DNA from: Thermoleophilia bacterium
GTDB taxonomy: Bacteria > Actinomycetota > Thermoleophilia > BMS3ABIN01
Assembly (NCBI GenBank): GCA_014874175.1
Contig: JACWAD010000048.1
Span: 61,222 to 125,221 of the forward strand
Direction: 5' to 3'
DNA length: 64,000 nt
Part shown: one piece after another, positions 48,152 to 58,086 of the stretch
Layout of the letters: the number at the start of each line of letters is the position of its first letter
How positions within the stretch are numbered: position 1 is the first letter of the stretch
The notes under the pieces: model-generated
What the model was told of the DNA's origin: nothing
Databases searched by the model: none
The model's input: only the letters and a program-made list of their open reading frames with translations
Position numbers and translations under genes: made by a program

Positions 48152-48180
48152 TTGACATGCCTGTAATGCTGATCTAGAAT
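48152..48180 (+). promoter_or_regulatory. Sigma-70-type promoter for tatC: TTGACA-17 nt-TAGAAT
   Basis: Consensus -35 and near-consensus -10 with 17-nt spacer, ~90 nt upstream of tatC. Confidence 0.5.
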
Positions 48181-48272
48181 GACTCTAGGCTGTCGCAAAG
48201 ATTACTCGTTGTAGCCGGCCTTCTGTTTGGACTTTCGCTCACGCCCCTCAAGCGGCCTAACGGTTTCAGCCA

Positions 48273-49037
48273 TTGTCAGATTACCGAAATTTCCGGATGA
48301 CCATTGTGGAACATCTGGAAGAGTTGCGCAAAAGAATAGTGATCTCGATGGTGGCCCTCGCTGTGGGCGCAGCCGCCTGCTTCATTTTCAAGGGCTATCT
48401 GCTTGCGTTTCTGGTCACGCCGCTTAAAGGCAAAAAGCTGATTACCCTTTCGCCGGCAGAGTCTTTCATGACGGCTTTCAAAGTCTCGATCTACGTCGGC
48501 ATTTTGCTGTCCTCGCCGGTAATTATCTATCAGATCTGGGCTTTCGTTGCCCCCGGGCTGAAAACGAAGGAAAAGCGCGTCGTCCTTTACGCAACAATTT
48601 TTACATCGCTGCTGTTCTTGGGGGGGGTCGCGTTTGCCTGGTGGCTGGTTTTGCCCCGCGGCCTCAATTTTCTCCTAAGCTATGAAAACAGCTATTTCCA
48701 TGCGCAGATACAGGCTTCCCGCTATTTTTCTTTTGTGGCCATGTTTATGCTGGGTTTCGGCATTGTTTTTGAACTGCCGGCTCTGATTCTGACGCTGGCG
48801 CGGCTGGGGCTGGTTAACTCGAAACAGCTGGCTCACAACCGCCGCTATGCAATTCTGGCCGGAGCTATCATCAGCGCGGCCCTGACGCCTTCTCAGGACG
48901 CTGTCTCCATGATTGCCATGGCAGTTCCCTTTGTGCTTTTGTACGAGATCAGCGTTCAGCTGAGCCGCGTAATCCAAAAGCCAAGACGAAAAGGGGCGGT
49001 TGCCTCTGACGGCACCGAAGGGGAAGCAGCAGGCTGA
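48273..49037 (+). CDS. tatC: Sec-independent protein translocase TatC
   Basis: LEELRKRIVISMVAL..., 6 TM, typical TatC length; no tatA adjacent. Confidence 0.9.
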   Translation: MSDYRNFRMTIVEHLEELRKRIVISMVALAVGAAACFIFKGYLLAFLVTPLKGKKLITLSPAESFMTAFKVSIYVGILLSSPVIIYQIWAFVAPGLKTKEKRVVLYATIFTSLLFLGGVAFAWWLVLPRGLNFLLSYENSYFHAQIQASRYFSFVAMFMLGFGIVFELPALILTLARLGLVNSKQLAHNRRYAILAGAIISAALTPSQDAVSMIAMAVPFVLLYEISVQLSRVIQKPRRKGAVASDGTEGEAAG

Positions 49038-49106
49038 TCATAAAGGTTTACAAAAAACAGAAAAGCCGAATGACCCTAAAACAGCAGTCTGAAACTGCTT
49101 TTCATG

Positions 49107-50033
49107 TCACGAAGACCGCAGTATATCCTTGAATCCTTCCAGGCCGGTGCTGTTTCTGATTCTGTAGCGCGAGAGCTCCAGGGGGGCGCTGCTGCTTTGC
49201 CGGTCGCCCCATTTTTCCGTTGTTGCAAGCAGGTAACCGTCTGCTTTCTCGGCCTGAAGAACCCTGGCGTTGAACTTGCCGGAGGGGTAGCAAAACCAGT
49301 AGACAGGATGGCCGAGATGGGCGCTTAAGGCGCCGGCCGAATCAACCAGTTCATGTTCCAGATCAGCCGTTGAGACAATGGACAGGTCTTCGTGGTTGAC
49401 AGTATGAGAGCCTATATCCATGCCGTCTATTGCCATTACTCCAATCTGTTCCCAATTTAAATAACCCGGCTGTCCAACCTTGCCGGTAATGATGTAAAAA
49501 GTGGCGGGGAAATCGTATTTGACAAGAACCGGCAGCGCCTGCGTGAAATTGTCAAGATAGCCATCGTCAAAAGTAATCAGCACCGGCCTGCCAGGCAGCG
49601 CCCTTCCCATAAAAAGGGCATCAGACAGCTGAGTCTGGGTTATGGGGTGCCAACCGGCAGATTGCAGGTAGTTTAGTTGCCCGTCCAGATCGGCTGCAGA
49701 AACCGTCAGGTCACGCCGAATGGCATCGGCGCCGGCAGGCGCTTCGCCGACGTGATGAAACATAAATATAGGCACCGTCACCGTTCTGGGAGGTTGCGGA
49801 GCGGTCAGTGGAATTACAAACGCCTGGAAATGATTGACAGGCGTCCTGGGGGGAATGGGGGCCACCGGCAGCAAATATGGATTCATTAGAAAACCGCCCG
49901 TAGCAGTTATGTCTGACAGCTTGTTTTGTTTTTGTGCCCCGGAAAGGGAGGCTGTCAGGAATAGCAGCAAAAAAGCCAGGCCCAGCTTTAGTGCCGGACG
50001 CCTCAATTTTGTCATCGCTGGCAATTGCGGCAT
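49107..50033 (-). CDS. Polysaccharide deacetylase (NodB/CE4 family), secreted/lipoprotein
   Basis: Signal peptide; ITFDDGY, HTVNHEDL CE4 motifs. Confidence 0.85.
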   Translation of the reverse strand: MPQLPAMTKLRRPALKLGLAFLLLFLTASLSGAQKQNKLSDITATGGFLMNPYLLPVAPIPPRTPVNHFQAFVIPLTAPQPPRTVTVPIFMFHHVGEAPAGADAIRRDLTVSAADLDGQLNYLQSAGWHPITQTQLSDALFMGRALPGRPVLITFDDGYLDNFTQALPVLVKYDFPATFYIITGKVGQPGYLNWEQIGVMAIDGMDIGSHTVNHEDLSIVSTADLEHELVDSAGALSAHLGHPVYWFCYPSGKFNARVLQAEKADGYLLATTEKWGDRQSSSAPLELSRYRIRNSTGLEGFKDILRSS

Positions 50034-50041
50034 GGTTTCCT

Positions 50042-50932
50042 TTATTGCCGGGGCGCCGGCTGCCTTGCGTTTTTAAGTATTGGAATCAGCATGTCCGCAG
50101 TTGGCTTGATGCCATAAGTTCCGTGCTCGCCTGCGAGCGCATATACCACAGAAATCTCTCCGATAAAGCTGTCGAGATTGTCAACCGAGGATATCTCCGA
50201 GCTCTGGAAGAGCGGGATTTCAGAGACTGGCGCGTCGGCAGGCTCGCAGCCAACTGCCGTTACGCCCATCGACTTCAGATTGAGCGCAATCTGCTTTTCC
50301 AGTTCTGAGTATGAGGCAGTTTGCTGGTCATCAGCCCTGGAAATGATAACAACGCCTTGCACAGGCATGTTGAAGCTGCCGCTGGTTGAATCTGCGAGCG
50401 TGCCCTCCAGCGAGGAAAGCAAAACCGTACTTCCCCCCTTGCTTATTTCCCGGCTTAATTCCTGAGCGATTGGCGCGATCAGTGCGTTATCATTGGCTGC
50501 GGCAAACGCTGGATTGTTTTTCATGTCGGCTCTTGCCTTTACCGCTGCGGCGTGCAGGTCAAACCTGGAGTTCAGGATGGTCGTGCTCGCCACTTCTGCT
50601 CCAGCCGCATGAAGCGCCGTTTCAAGTTTTCGCTGAATATCTCCTCCCGTGGCCGCTGCTGCTATTATTGCGATCTTCTTGCCCTGCAGCTGGGCTCCCA
50701 CAATAAAAGGGAAAGAGTCTTCCTGAAAACTCACATTCGTTGCATTCTCCTTGCTAAGCTGGTTGTTTTGACTGCGCAAACTGTTTAGATCGTGCTGAAG
50801 GCTTCCCACCAGGTCCTTCCGGCTGGTGTCAACAGCGCCGCTGTCTGTCAATCCGACTCCTATTAGCACCCCAAGGGACAGCGCCAGGAAGACGGCGGCC
50901 AGGCTGAGCAGGTGGTATCGCCAGGTTAACAT
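50042..50932 (-). CDS. MctB-like (copper transport/channel-forming protein family) membrane-anchored protein
   Basis: N-terminus MLTWRYHLLSLAAVFLALSLGVLIGVG closely parallels MctB N-terminus; coiled-coil then Ala-rich domain; 296 aa. Confidence 0.6.
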   Translation of the reverse strand: MLTWRYHLLSLAAVFLALSLGVLIGVGLTDSGAVDTSRKDLVGSLQHDLNSLRSQNNQLSKENATNVSFQEDSFPFIVGAQLQGKKIAIIAAAATGGDIQRKLETALHAAGAEVASTTILNSRFDLHAAAVKARADMKNNPAFAAANDNALIAPIAQELSREISKGGSTVLLSSLEGTLADSTSGSFNMPVQGVVIISRADDQQTASYSELEKQIALNLKSMGVTAVGCEPADAPVSEIPLFQSSEISSVDNLDSFIGEISVVYALAGEHGTYGIKPTADMLIPILKNARQPAPRQ

Positions 50933-50933
50933 G

Positions 50934-52649
50934 TCAGAAATTTATCAGCGACTGAAATTTAAGGCCGACCAGCGTAACCAGCTCTCTTAAGTGTGGAGAA
51001 TAGGAAACAACAATGGCCAACGGCGCCAGCGCCGCGACAAACAAGGCGGTCAGTTCTAGCGATAGCCTTCCAAAGCCGGGATCACCGGCTCGCTTGACTT
51101 CTCTTCCGGTTCTGCTATTTTCCAGGGACCAGTTAATCAGGCGCTTCCAGACTTTAGGCAGAATCTCGTTTCCCTTGCTCCAGACCAGCAGGGCAACGGG
51201 AGGTCCAAACACGACCAGCACCCGCAGCGTTTCCTGCACGTCCATGGACAGCGGGGAATGCCACCAGAAGCTGTCAAAAAACATAACTGTGAACGAAAAC
51301 AGCAGCGCGCACTTATAGATAAGACGCCAGGGCCTGAGAGCGATCAGACCCAGCGCCATCGTCAGATACCATGGCTGGAACCACAGCAGGGCCAGCGGCA
51401 TTAAAAAGGCTATGCCGGCGGACGCCGAAACAAGAGCGGCCCTGTTCTTGACGCCAAGGGCATGCCAGGTCAAATAAACAACCAGCGCTGCCGCTAGCGC
51501 CAGCTGGACTACTGTGATTGATAGCGGCAGTTGCAACTGTCCCACGGAAACGTCATGAATCAGCTGAGGGATGGTGAAATTGACTTTTTCGCCCACAGCA
51601 GTCAAATAGCTGAAAGTTCCGCGGCCCTCCCACAGGGGGGCGTAACTGGCCAGAATTGTTGCAACAGCAACTGCAAGAGACCCCGCCCCCGTCAACAGAC
51701 GCCATTTCAGCTTGGCCTGCTTGCGAATTGACAGAGCGATGTAAACCAGCAGGATCGGCAGAGCAATGAACTTGACCAGAACCGCCAGCGTAATAAAAAA
51801 AGCACCCAGGATCAGGCGCCGGTTGAGATAGCACAAGATGCCGGCCAGCACAAAAACAAGCATGAAGATGTCATTGTGGGCGCTCGCCACCACCAGAGCC
51901 AGGATGAATGGGTTCCAGCCATAAAAAAGCATTGCCTTTTTCTCCAGCCCGGGGCGCAGGCGGGCGGCAATGCTTCCGATGAGGATCACGTTGGCAAGAT
52001 CAAGGCAGACGAAGAAGCTTTTGAAGACAAGGAAATTTGCTCCAATGCCGTTGCCGGCGATTACCGCCAGGAACCCGGCGGCGTAAACGTGGAGCGGCCC
52101 GTAAACAGAGCCGGTTCCCACCCAGCCGCCCATGTTAAAGAAAGGATCGTGAGGAAAATATGTGGCCGGCACGACCAGCGGGTTCTCGCCGTAGATGGCG
52201 AATATGCGTCCGTGGCGAATGTAGTCAAAAAGATCGGTTGACAAAAGGAACGGCGTTAACAGCATCACCAGGTGGAAGAGAACCGTCATGCCGAAGATAT
52301 AGTTTGTCATGCTGTCGCGCCGCCAGGGATGGAGAGGCGCCGGCGCCGACGGCAGGACAGCTCCCGAACGGAGATTGCTTACCGCTCTTAGGGCAATGAA
52401 ATACAAGCCAAACAGGAGCAGGGCATTGATGCAAATTAATATGTATAACAGGTAATAGTCTGTTAACCCTAAACCGCCATCCGGCAGGGCCAGATAGGGA
52501 GGAAAGTGGCTGAAGTCAGCCCGGGGGATAAACAGGGGCAGGATGGCAAACAGCAAATATGAAAACAGGCAGGCGCCCCCCGCCGTCATGATCATGACCC
52601 GGGGGCTGGCCAGTTTTCCGTTGTTGATTTTATCGAGCCTTTGCCACAT
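50934..52649 (-). CDS. GT-C superfamily membrane glycosyltransferase (DUF2029/GT87-like mannosyltransferase candidate)
   Basis: 571 aa, >11 TM, DLFDYIRHGRIFAIYGENPLVVP loop motif near N-terminus; operon with MctB-like and deacetylase. Confidence 0.5.
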   Translation of the reverse strand: MWQRLDKINNGKLASPRVMIMTAGGACLFSYLLFAILPLFIPRADFSHFPPYLALPDGGLGLTDYYLLYILICINALLLFGLYFIALRAVSNLRSGAVLPSAPAPLHPWRRDSMTNYIFGMTVLFHLVMLLTPFLLSTDLFDYIRHGRIFAIYGENPLVVPATYFPHDPFFNMGGWVGTGSVYGPLHVYAAGFLAVIAGNGIGANFLVFKSFFVCLDLANVILIGSIAARLRPGLEKKAMLFYGWNPFILALVVASAHNDIFMLVFVLAGILCYLNRRLILGAFFITLAVLVKFIALPILLVYIALSIRKQAKLKWRLLTGAGSLAVAVATILASYAPLWEGRGTFSYLTAVGEKVNFTIPQLIHDVSVGQLQLPLSITVVQLALAAALVVYLTWHALGVKNRAALVSASAGIAFLMPLALLWFQPWYLTMALGLIALRPWRLIYKCALLFSFTVMFFDSFWWHSPLSMDVQETLRVLVVFGPPVALLVWSKGNEILPKVWKRLINWSLENSRTGREVKRAGDPGFGRLSLELTALFVAALAPLAIVVSYSPHLRELVTLVGLKFQSLINF

Positions 52650-52870
52650 TGGCCGAATATGTCATCGAAAAGGGGTTATTGGCCGGGAGGCCGGGCTCAT
52701 CAAGCTCCCGGGAAGGAAATTCCTTTGGACCGCAATATCCTATAGAAAGATGCAATAATGCTCAAGGAACCATGCTGGCGCCCGCCGGCCACGACCACCG
52801 GTTGGCGGTTAATATATGCTATCCGCTTTGAAAACAGGAAAGGCCAGGGCGGACTTGATGGAGGGACTTT

Positions 52871-54247
52871 ATGATTGATAGCGGACAAAGGGATGCAGGC
52901 ACGACTATTTACCGCGCCGAATGGGTGCTGCCGGTTTCATCAGATCCTGTGCGCGACGGAGCCGTGGCAGTCTCGGGGGGCAGCATAAAAGCGGCCGGCC
53001 CTGCGCCCGATATCATAAAATCTTTCCCCGCGGCGACACTGGTTGACTTCCATCACGCCATTATTTTACCGGGGTTTGTCAATTGTCACAGCCATTTTGA
53101 ATACTCGGTTTTCCGGGGTTTTCTCGACAACCTCAATTTTGGCCGCTGGCTTCTGGAGTTTATTGATTTCCGGTCGCGGCTGTCGGCAGAAGATTATGCC
53201 ATCAGTTCCAGGCTGGGCGCGTCTGAAAGCGTTGCGGCCGGCATTACAACTGTTGCGGAATCCATGTACAGCGGCCAGAGCGTTTACGCCCTCAAGGAGG
53301 CCGGCCTCAGGGCGGTTGCTTTCCAGGAAACTTTTGGCATGGATGACAGCCGGTTAAGTGAGACAATCGCGGCGCTTGAAGTGCGCCTGGATGAGCTTGA
53401 TGAACAGCAGGACCAGCTTCTTGAAATAGGAATTTTCCCCCATGCGACCTATACGGTTAGCGCCGCCATGTACAGGGCTGTTGCCGAAATGGCGCGGCGG
53501 AGAAAAAAAAAGCTGGCGACACATCTTGCCGAGAGCAAGGCGGAGTCGGCCTACATCCGCTCCGGCTCAGGCGTGCTGGCGATGGATCTACGGGAAAAAG
53601 TGGGCTGGGAAAATCTCATGCGCGAGCCATTTGGCGTCACGCCGGTAAAATACCTGCAACAATGGGATGTATATGGACCGGATTTTCTTGCCGTCCACTG
53701 CGTGCAGGTCGGCAGCCCGGATGTTGAGGTGCTGGCTAAGGGCGGCGTTGCCATCGCCCACTGCCCCAAAAGCAACGCCAAGCTTGGTTGCGGCATTGCC
53801 CCATTGCATTCATTCCTGGAGGCGGGAATCAGGGTCGGCCTGGGTACCGACAGCCCCGCCAGCAGCAATGTCATGGACATGTTCGGTGAAATGAGGACCG
53901 CGATTTTTCTGCACCGGGGGGCGCAGCGCGATGCAGCCGTCCTGGACGCTGCCGAATGCGTCCAGATTGCCACGCTTGGCGGCGCCAGGGCCCTGGGAAT
54001 GGATGACAGAATTGGATCCCTGGAGCCCGGCAAACAGGCGGATCTCATTGCAGTTGACATGGAGCACAGCCATTTCACTCCCATTTACAACCCTTATTCG
54101 GCGCTGGTTTACGGCGCCAGCCAGGAGGATGTTTTCTTTGTCATGGTTGCCGGCCGGCCCCTGTATGAAAAGAAGGTTCTGCTGATGATGGACGAGGAGA
54201 AAATTTCAGACCAGGCAAAGGCGGTTAAAGAAAAGCTGTGGGGGTAG
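52871..54247 (+). CDS. Metal-dependent amidohydrolase (MtaD/SsnA/guanine-deaminase-like chlorohydrolase family)
   Basis: PGFVNCHSHFEYS HxH motif, HATYTVS, HLAESK, HCPKSNAKLG, GTDSPASSN motifs. Confidence 0.75.
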   Translation: MIDSGQRDAGTTIYRAEWVLPVSSDPVRDGAVAVSGGSIKAAGPAPDIIKSFPAATLVDFHHAIILPGFVNCHSHFEYSVFRGFLDNLNFGRWLLEFIDFRSRLSAEDYAISSRLGASESVAAGITTVAESMYSGQSVYALKEAGLRAVAFQETFGMDDSRLSETIAALEVRLDELDEQQDQLLEIGIFPHATYTVSAAMYRAVAEMARRRKKKLATHLAESKAESAYIRSGSGVLAMDLREKVGWENLMREPFGVTPVKYLQQWDVYGPDFLAVHCVQVGSPDVEVLAKGGVAIAHCPKSNAKLGCGIAPLHSFLEAGIRVGLGTDSPASSNVMDMFGEMRTAIFLHRGAQRDAAVLDAAECVQIATLGGARALGMDDRIGSLEPGKQADLIAVDMEHSHFTPIYNPYSALVYGASQEDVFFVMVAGRPLYEKKVLLMMDEEKISDQAKAVKEKLWG

Positions 54248-54396
54248 AGGGCCTATGGGATTTAAGCCGGGCTCGGGCCTTCCTGGGCAAGGCCTACTGA
54301 CGGTCAGAGCGTGGCACCCGGCCTGGGTTTGACATGTTACCGCTTCCGCTTTCAGCTATAATATTTCAGGTTCTGTTACTTGTTATTTTTTAAATT

Positions 54397-55029
54397 ATGC
54401 TGCTTAACCGCAAAAAAATTAATCGCATCGCCAAATGGTTCGCCATCATGCTGGCTCTTATTTTTGCACTCAGTGGCGTCGTGCTGGGGGTCGGGTCCAA
54501 GACCGGGAACGTGTTTGCCGGCTGTGCCCAGAGTTCTTCCAGCGTGTCGGCGTCCGGCGCCGTCAAGGACCGGGAGAGTTTTCTGCTTGGTCAGATAAAG
54601 AAAAATCCCAAGGATGCGGATTCCATCATGCAACTGGCCACCTTGTACGCCGGCGAAGACGTCAAGCGTTACCAGGACGCCATTAGCTGGTTTAATAAAT
54701 ATCTGGCGCTTGTTCCCAAGGATATAAATGTGCGCCTTGAGATGGGCAGCATATATCTGAACGATCTCAACGATCCAGCCTCGGCTGCCAAGATCCTGAC
54801 GCAGGCAACCACGATTGATCCTACCAACGCCAATGCCTTCCTGCAGTTGGGCTTGGCCGAGAAGGACGCGCTGCAAAACCAGGCAGCGATTCAGGCCTGG
54901 ACCAGGTACCTGCAGCTCGCTCCGGGAAGCAGCTATGCTTCCCAGATCAGGGATCAGATCAACCAGCTGGCTCACCCGGCGCAGACCGCACCGCCAACGA
55001 CCCCCGCCGCCCCGGCGCCTTCTCACTAG
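54397..55029 (+). CDS. Secreted/membrane-anchored tetratricopeptide-repeat protein with Pro/Thr/Ala-rich tail
   Basis: N-terminal TM/signal, three TPR-like repeats, C-terminal PAQTAPPTTPAAPAPSH. Confidence 0.7.
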   Translation: MLLNRKKINRIAKWFAIMLALIFALSGVVLGVGSKTGNVFAGCAQSSSSVSASGAVKDRESFLLGQIKKNPKDADSIMQLATLYAGEDVKRYQDAISWFNKYLALVPKDINVRLEMGSIYLNDLNDPASAAKILTQATTIDPTNANAFLQLGLAEKDALQNQAAIQAWTRYLQLAPGSSYASQIRDQINQLAHPAQTAPPTTPAAPAPSH

Positions 55030-55270
55030 CAAGGGAGCCGGGATATTTATGCCCCCCGGCTGCGGCTGCCAATTTTCCCCTGCCCCGGTTTTTGTGCTAT
55101 AAAGCCTATTTGCACCAAGGTTTTATCCAATATCTGATGTCCAGCGTCTAAATCAGGTTATTAAGCTTTTTCTGACCGTGTCGAAAAAAGCCATGTTTAG
55201 GAAATCGAAAAAAGCAGTCATTAATGAAAACTAAGATGGCATTTTGTTTAGTATTGGGAATCAGTAAGCC

Positions 55271-57337
55271 ATGAAATTAATTGTCACCGAAAAAAATACT
55301 GCCGCAAAAAAAATTGCCGAAATACTCGGAGCCGGCAAGGTGAAGGCGGAATCCTACTACAAGATCCCCTTTTATGTATTCGCGAACGGCGGCGGGGAAG
55401 AGTTTGTCTCGATTGGACTGAAGGGACATATTCTGCAGCTTGAATATCCGCCTGAGTACTCCGACTGGCGCAAGGTGGAGCCGCGCGAGCTTATCGATGC
55501 CGACCTGGTCAAGTCACCTTCAGCCAAGTCGGTGGTAAATGCCCTTCAGAAGGCCGCCCGGCAGGCCAGCCGCATCATCATCGCCACCGACTATGACCGT
55601 GAGGGTGAGCTCATCGGGCTGGAAGCCCTGGAGCTGGCGCTTCAGGCCAACCCCAAGCTGGCCGAGCACGTGAAGCGGGCCCGCTACTCGGCGCTTACGG
55701 CAGAGGAAATCCGCAACGCATTTACCAATACAGTTGAGCTCTCGGTGCCGCTGGCGCAAGCCGGTGAGGCCCGGCAGGACATAGATTTAATCTGGGGAGC
55801 TACTCTGACCCGCTACATTTCGCTTGCGACTTCACGGCTGGGAAGCCAATTCCTTTCCGTTGGCAGGGTGCAGAGTCCTACGTTAAAGCTGATTGTGGAA
55901 CGGGAGCTGGAAAGAAGGGCGTTTGTGCCGGTTCCCTACTGGCAAATTTTCGCTGACCTGGCGGCGGAGCCGGGACCGTTTACCGCCCGGCACAAGACCG
56001 AGCGGTTTCAGGACAAGGGCGCCGCAGAGACGGCCCTGGGCAGGGCCAGGGCCGCGGAGACCGGGCTTGTCACGGGAGTAAAGACGACGCAGAAGCAGCT
56101 TCCGCCTCCGCCTCCCTTCAACACGACTTCCTATACAAAAGCGGCCACGGCGCTGGGCTTTTCGGCCGCCCGTGCCGTGCGGCTGGCGGAGGATCTTTAC
56201 CTGGCCGGTTACATCAGCTATCCTCGCACCGATAATACCGTTTATCCGGAGTCTCTTGGCCTCAAAGAAATTCTCGGGCAACTCAGCCATAGCAGGGAGC
56301 TGAAAAGCCATGCTGATGAGCTGCTTGAGCGGGGGGAGTTAAAACCATCGCGGGGCAAGAAGCAAACGACGGATCACCCCCCGATTTATCCCGTCGATGT
56401 GCCCAAGGTGGGTGATATCGATGAGGCCCAGTGGAAGATATGGCACCTGGTGGCGCGGCGCTTCCTGGCTACGCTCGGAGATAGCGCCGTTTCGGAGACG
56501 GGCCGCATCGACCTGGAGATTGGTGGCGAGCCGTTCATGCTGTCGGGCTCGCGCATTCTGGAAGAAGGCTGGCTGGCGTACTATCCCTACGGGCGCAGCA
56601 AGGACGACGAGATGCCAAAACTAAAGCAGGGGGAGCAGGTACAGGTAGTCAAGGTCTCCCTGGAATCGAAAGAGACCCAGCCGCCGGGCCGCTATGGCCA
56701 GGGGCGGCTGATTGAGCTGATGGAACAGAACGGACTTGGAACCAAGGCGACGCGCCACAGCATCCTGCAGACGCTTTACGACCGGGGATACATCCGCAAC
56801 ACTCCCGTAGAGCCAACTGAGACAGGCATATCCATGATCAGGGCACTCGATACCTACGCCAACCTGATCACCAGGCCCGAGATGACAGCCCGGCTGGAAA
56901 CAGAAATGAGCGACATTGCCGAGTCCAAGATCACCAGGGAAGAAGTGGTGCAAAGGTCGCGGGCGCTGCTGCACGATGCCTACAAAATGATGGAGAACAA
57001 CAAGGAGGCATTGGCCGGAGAGATCGTCAAGGGAATCCAGGAGGACAAGCTGGTGGGCGCCTGCCCCAACTGTGGCAAGCAGCTCAGGGTTATCCGCTCA
57101 AAAAGGACAAAGAAGCGATTCGTCGGCTGCGAGGGCTACCCGGAGTGTTCAACAACCTATCCTCTGCCCCAGCGGGGCAGCATAATGCCCACCTATAAAA
57201 CATGCCCCGAATGCGGTTCTCCCAAGATCAAGGTGCTTAACAAGGGCCGCCGCCCCTGGGAGCTCTGCATCGATCCCGACTGCCCGACCAAGGAGGAGTA
57301 CAAGCTAAAGAGAGCCCAAAAAGAGGGAGCTTCCTAG
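55271..57337 (+). CDS. topA: Type IA DNA topoisomerase (topoisomerase I, archaeal/topo III-like N-terminus) with two C-terminal zinc ribbons
   Basis: Toprim MKLIVTEKNTAAKKIAEIL / TDYDREGE, active-site GYISYPRTDN, CPNCG...CEGYPEC and CPECGS...CIDPDCP. Confidence 0.9.
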   Translation: MKLIVTEKNTAAKKIAEILGAGKVKAESYYKIPFYVFANGGGEEFVSIGLKGHILQLEYPPEYSDWRKVEPRELIDADLVKSPSAKSVVNALQKAARQASRIIIATDYDREGELIGLEALELALQANPKLAEHVKRARYSALTAEEIRNAFTNTVELSVPLAQAGEARQDIDLIWGATLTRYISLATSRLGSQFLSVGRVQSPTLKLIVERELERRAFVPVPYWQIFADLAAEPGPFTARHKTERFQDKGAAETALGRARAAETGLVTGVKTTQKQLPPPPPFNTTSYTKAATALGFSAARAVRLAEDLYLAGYISYPRTDNTVYPESLGLKEILGQLSHSRELKSHADELLERGELKPSRGKKQTTDHPPIYPVDVPKVGDIDEAQWKIWHLVARRFLATLGDSAVSETGRIDLEIGGEPFMLSGSRILEEGWLAYYPYGRSKDDEMPKLKQGEQVQVVKVSLESKETQPPGRYGQGRLIELMEQNGLGTKATRHSILQTLYDRGYIRNTPVEPTETGISMIRALDTYANLITRPEMTARLETEMSDIAESKITREEVVQRSRALLHDAYKMMENNKEALAGEIVKGIQEDKLVGACPNCGKQLRVIRSKRTKKRFVGCEGYPECSTTYPLPQRGSIMPTYKTCPECGSPKIKVLNKGRRPWELCIDPDCPTKEEYKLKRAQKEGAS

Positions 57338-57342
57338 GGTCA

Positions 57343-57969
57343 ATGTTTTTCATCACGTTTGAGGGAATCGACCAAAGCGGCAAATCCACCCAGCTCGATC
57401 TTCTTGCCCGCGCCCTTCAGTCGGCCGGGCTTTCTGTTTTAAGCGTGCGCGAACCGGGCGGCACAGCGCTGGGCGAGGCGATCAGAAAGCTTCTGCTGGG
57501 GCCGGAGCATGCCGGCATGGGCCCTTGGGCCGAGACTCTCCTTTACGCGGCGGCGCGGGCCCAACTGGTCAAGGAGGTAATCAGGCCGGCGCTGGCCGGT
57601 GGCAAGCTTGTACTGTCGGACCGTTACATTGATTCCTCGCTTGTTTATCAGGGGATAGCCCGGGAGCTGGGAGTTGAGCCGGTGCTGGACCTTAATATGG
57701 GGGCAACCGGCGGTTTGATGCCGGATCTTACCCTTGTTTTTCATCTTGATGTTTATTCGTCGCGGCGGCGGCTGGCCGGGCGCAGAGACGGGCGCGACCG
57801 TATCGAGGGCGAGCCGCTTGAGTTTCATCGCCGGGTTGAAGCCGGTTACAGGCAGCTGGAGGATTTGTATTCCGGGCGGGTAGTCGGCATTGACGCCAGC
57901 TTGGCGGTTAGCGAGGTGCATGCGCGCGTGCTGGCCGAGTGCCGCCAGCGGCTCGGCCTTAAAGTTTAG
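57343..57969 (+). CDS. tmk: Thymidylate kinase
   Basis: MFFITFEGIDQSGKSTQ P-loop, DRY motif region SDRYIDSSLVYQG. Confidence 0.92.
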   Translation: MFFITFEGIDQSGKSTQLDLLARALQSAGLSVLSVREPGGTALGEAIRKLLLGPEHAGMGPWAETLLYAAARAQLVKEVIRPALAGGKLVLSDRYIDSSLVYQGIARELGVEPVLDLNMGATGGLMPDLTLVFHLDVYSSRRRLAGRRDGRDRIEGEPLEFHRRVEAGYRQLEDLYSGRVVGIDASLAVSEVHARVLAECRQRLGLKV

Positions 57970-57990
57970 TTCGGAGTTTAAAGCGCTAGG

Positions 57991-58086
57991 CTCAAAGTTC
58001 CAGGTTCAAACTGGTTAGAAAGCTTGGCTTTCTGGTGCTAAAGTTAGGCAGTTGTTTTTCAACTTTGAACTTGGAACTTGGAACTT
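57991..58086. repeat. Imperfect inverted repeat built from AAGTTCCARGTTCAAAGTT family units (forward 57993-58010, reverse 58060-58085) flanking a central palindrome AGAAAGCTTGGCTTTCT
   Basis: Arms CAAAGTTCCAGGTTCAAA vs TTTGAACTTGGAACTTGGAACTTTG; between tmk and holB. Confidence 0.5.
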
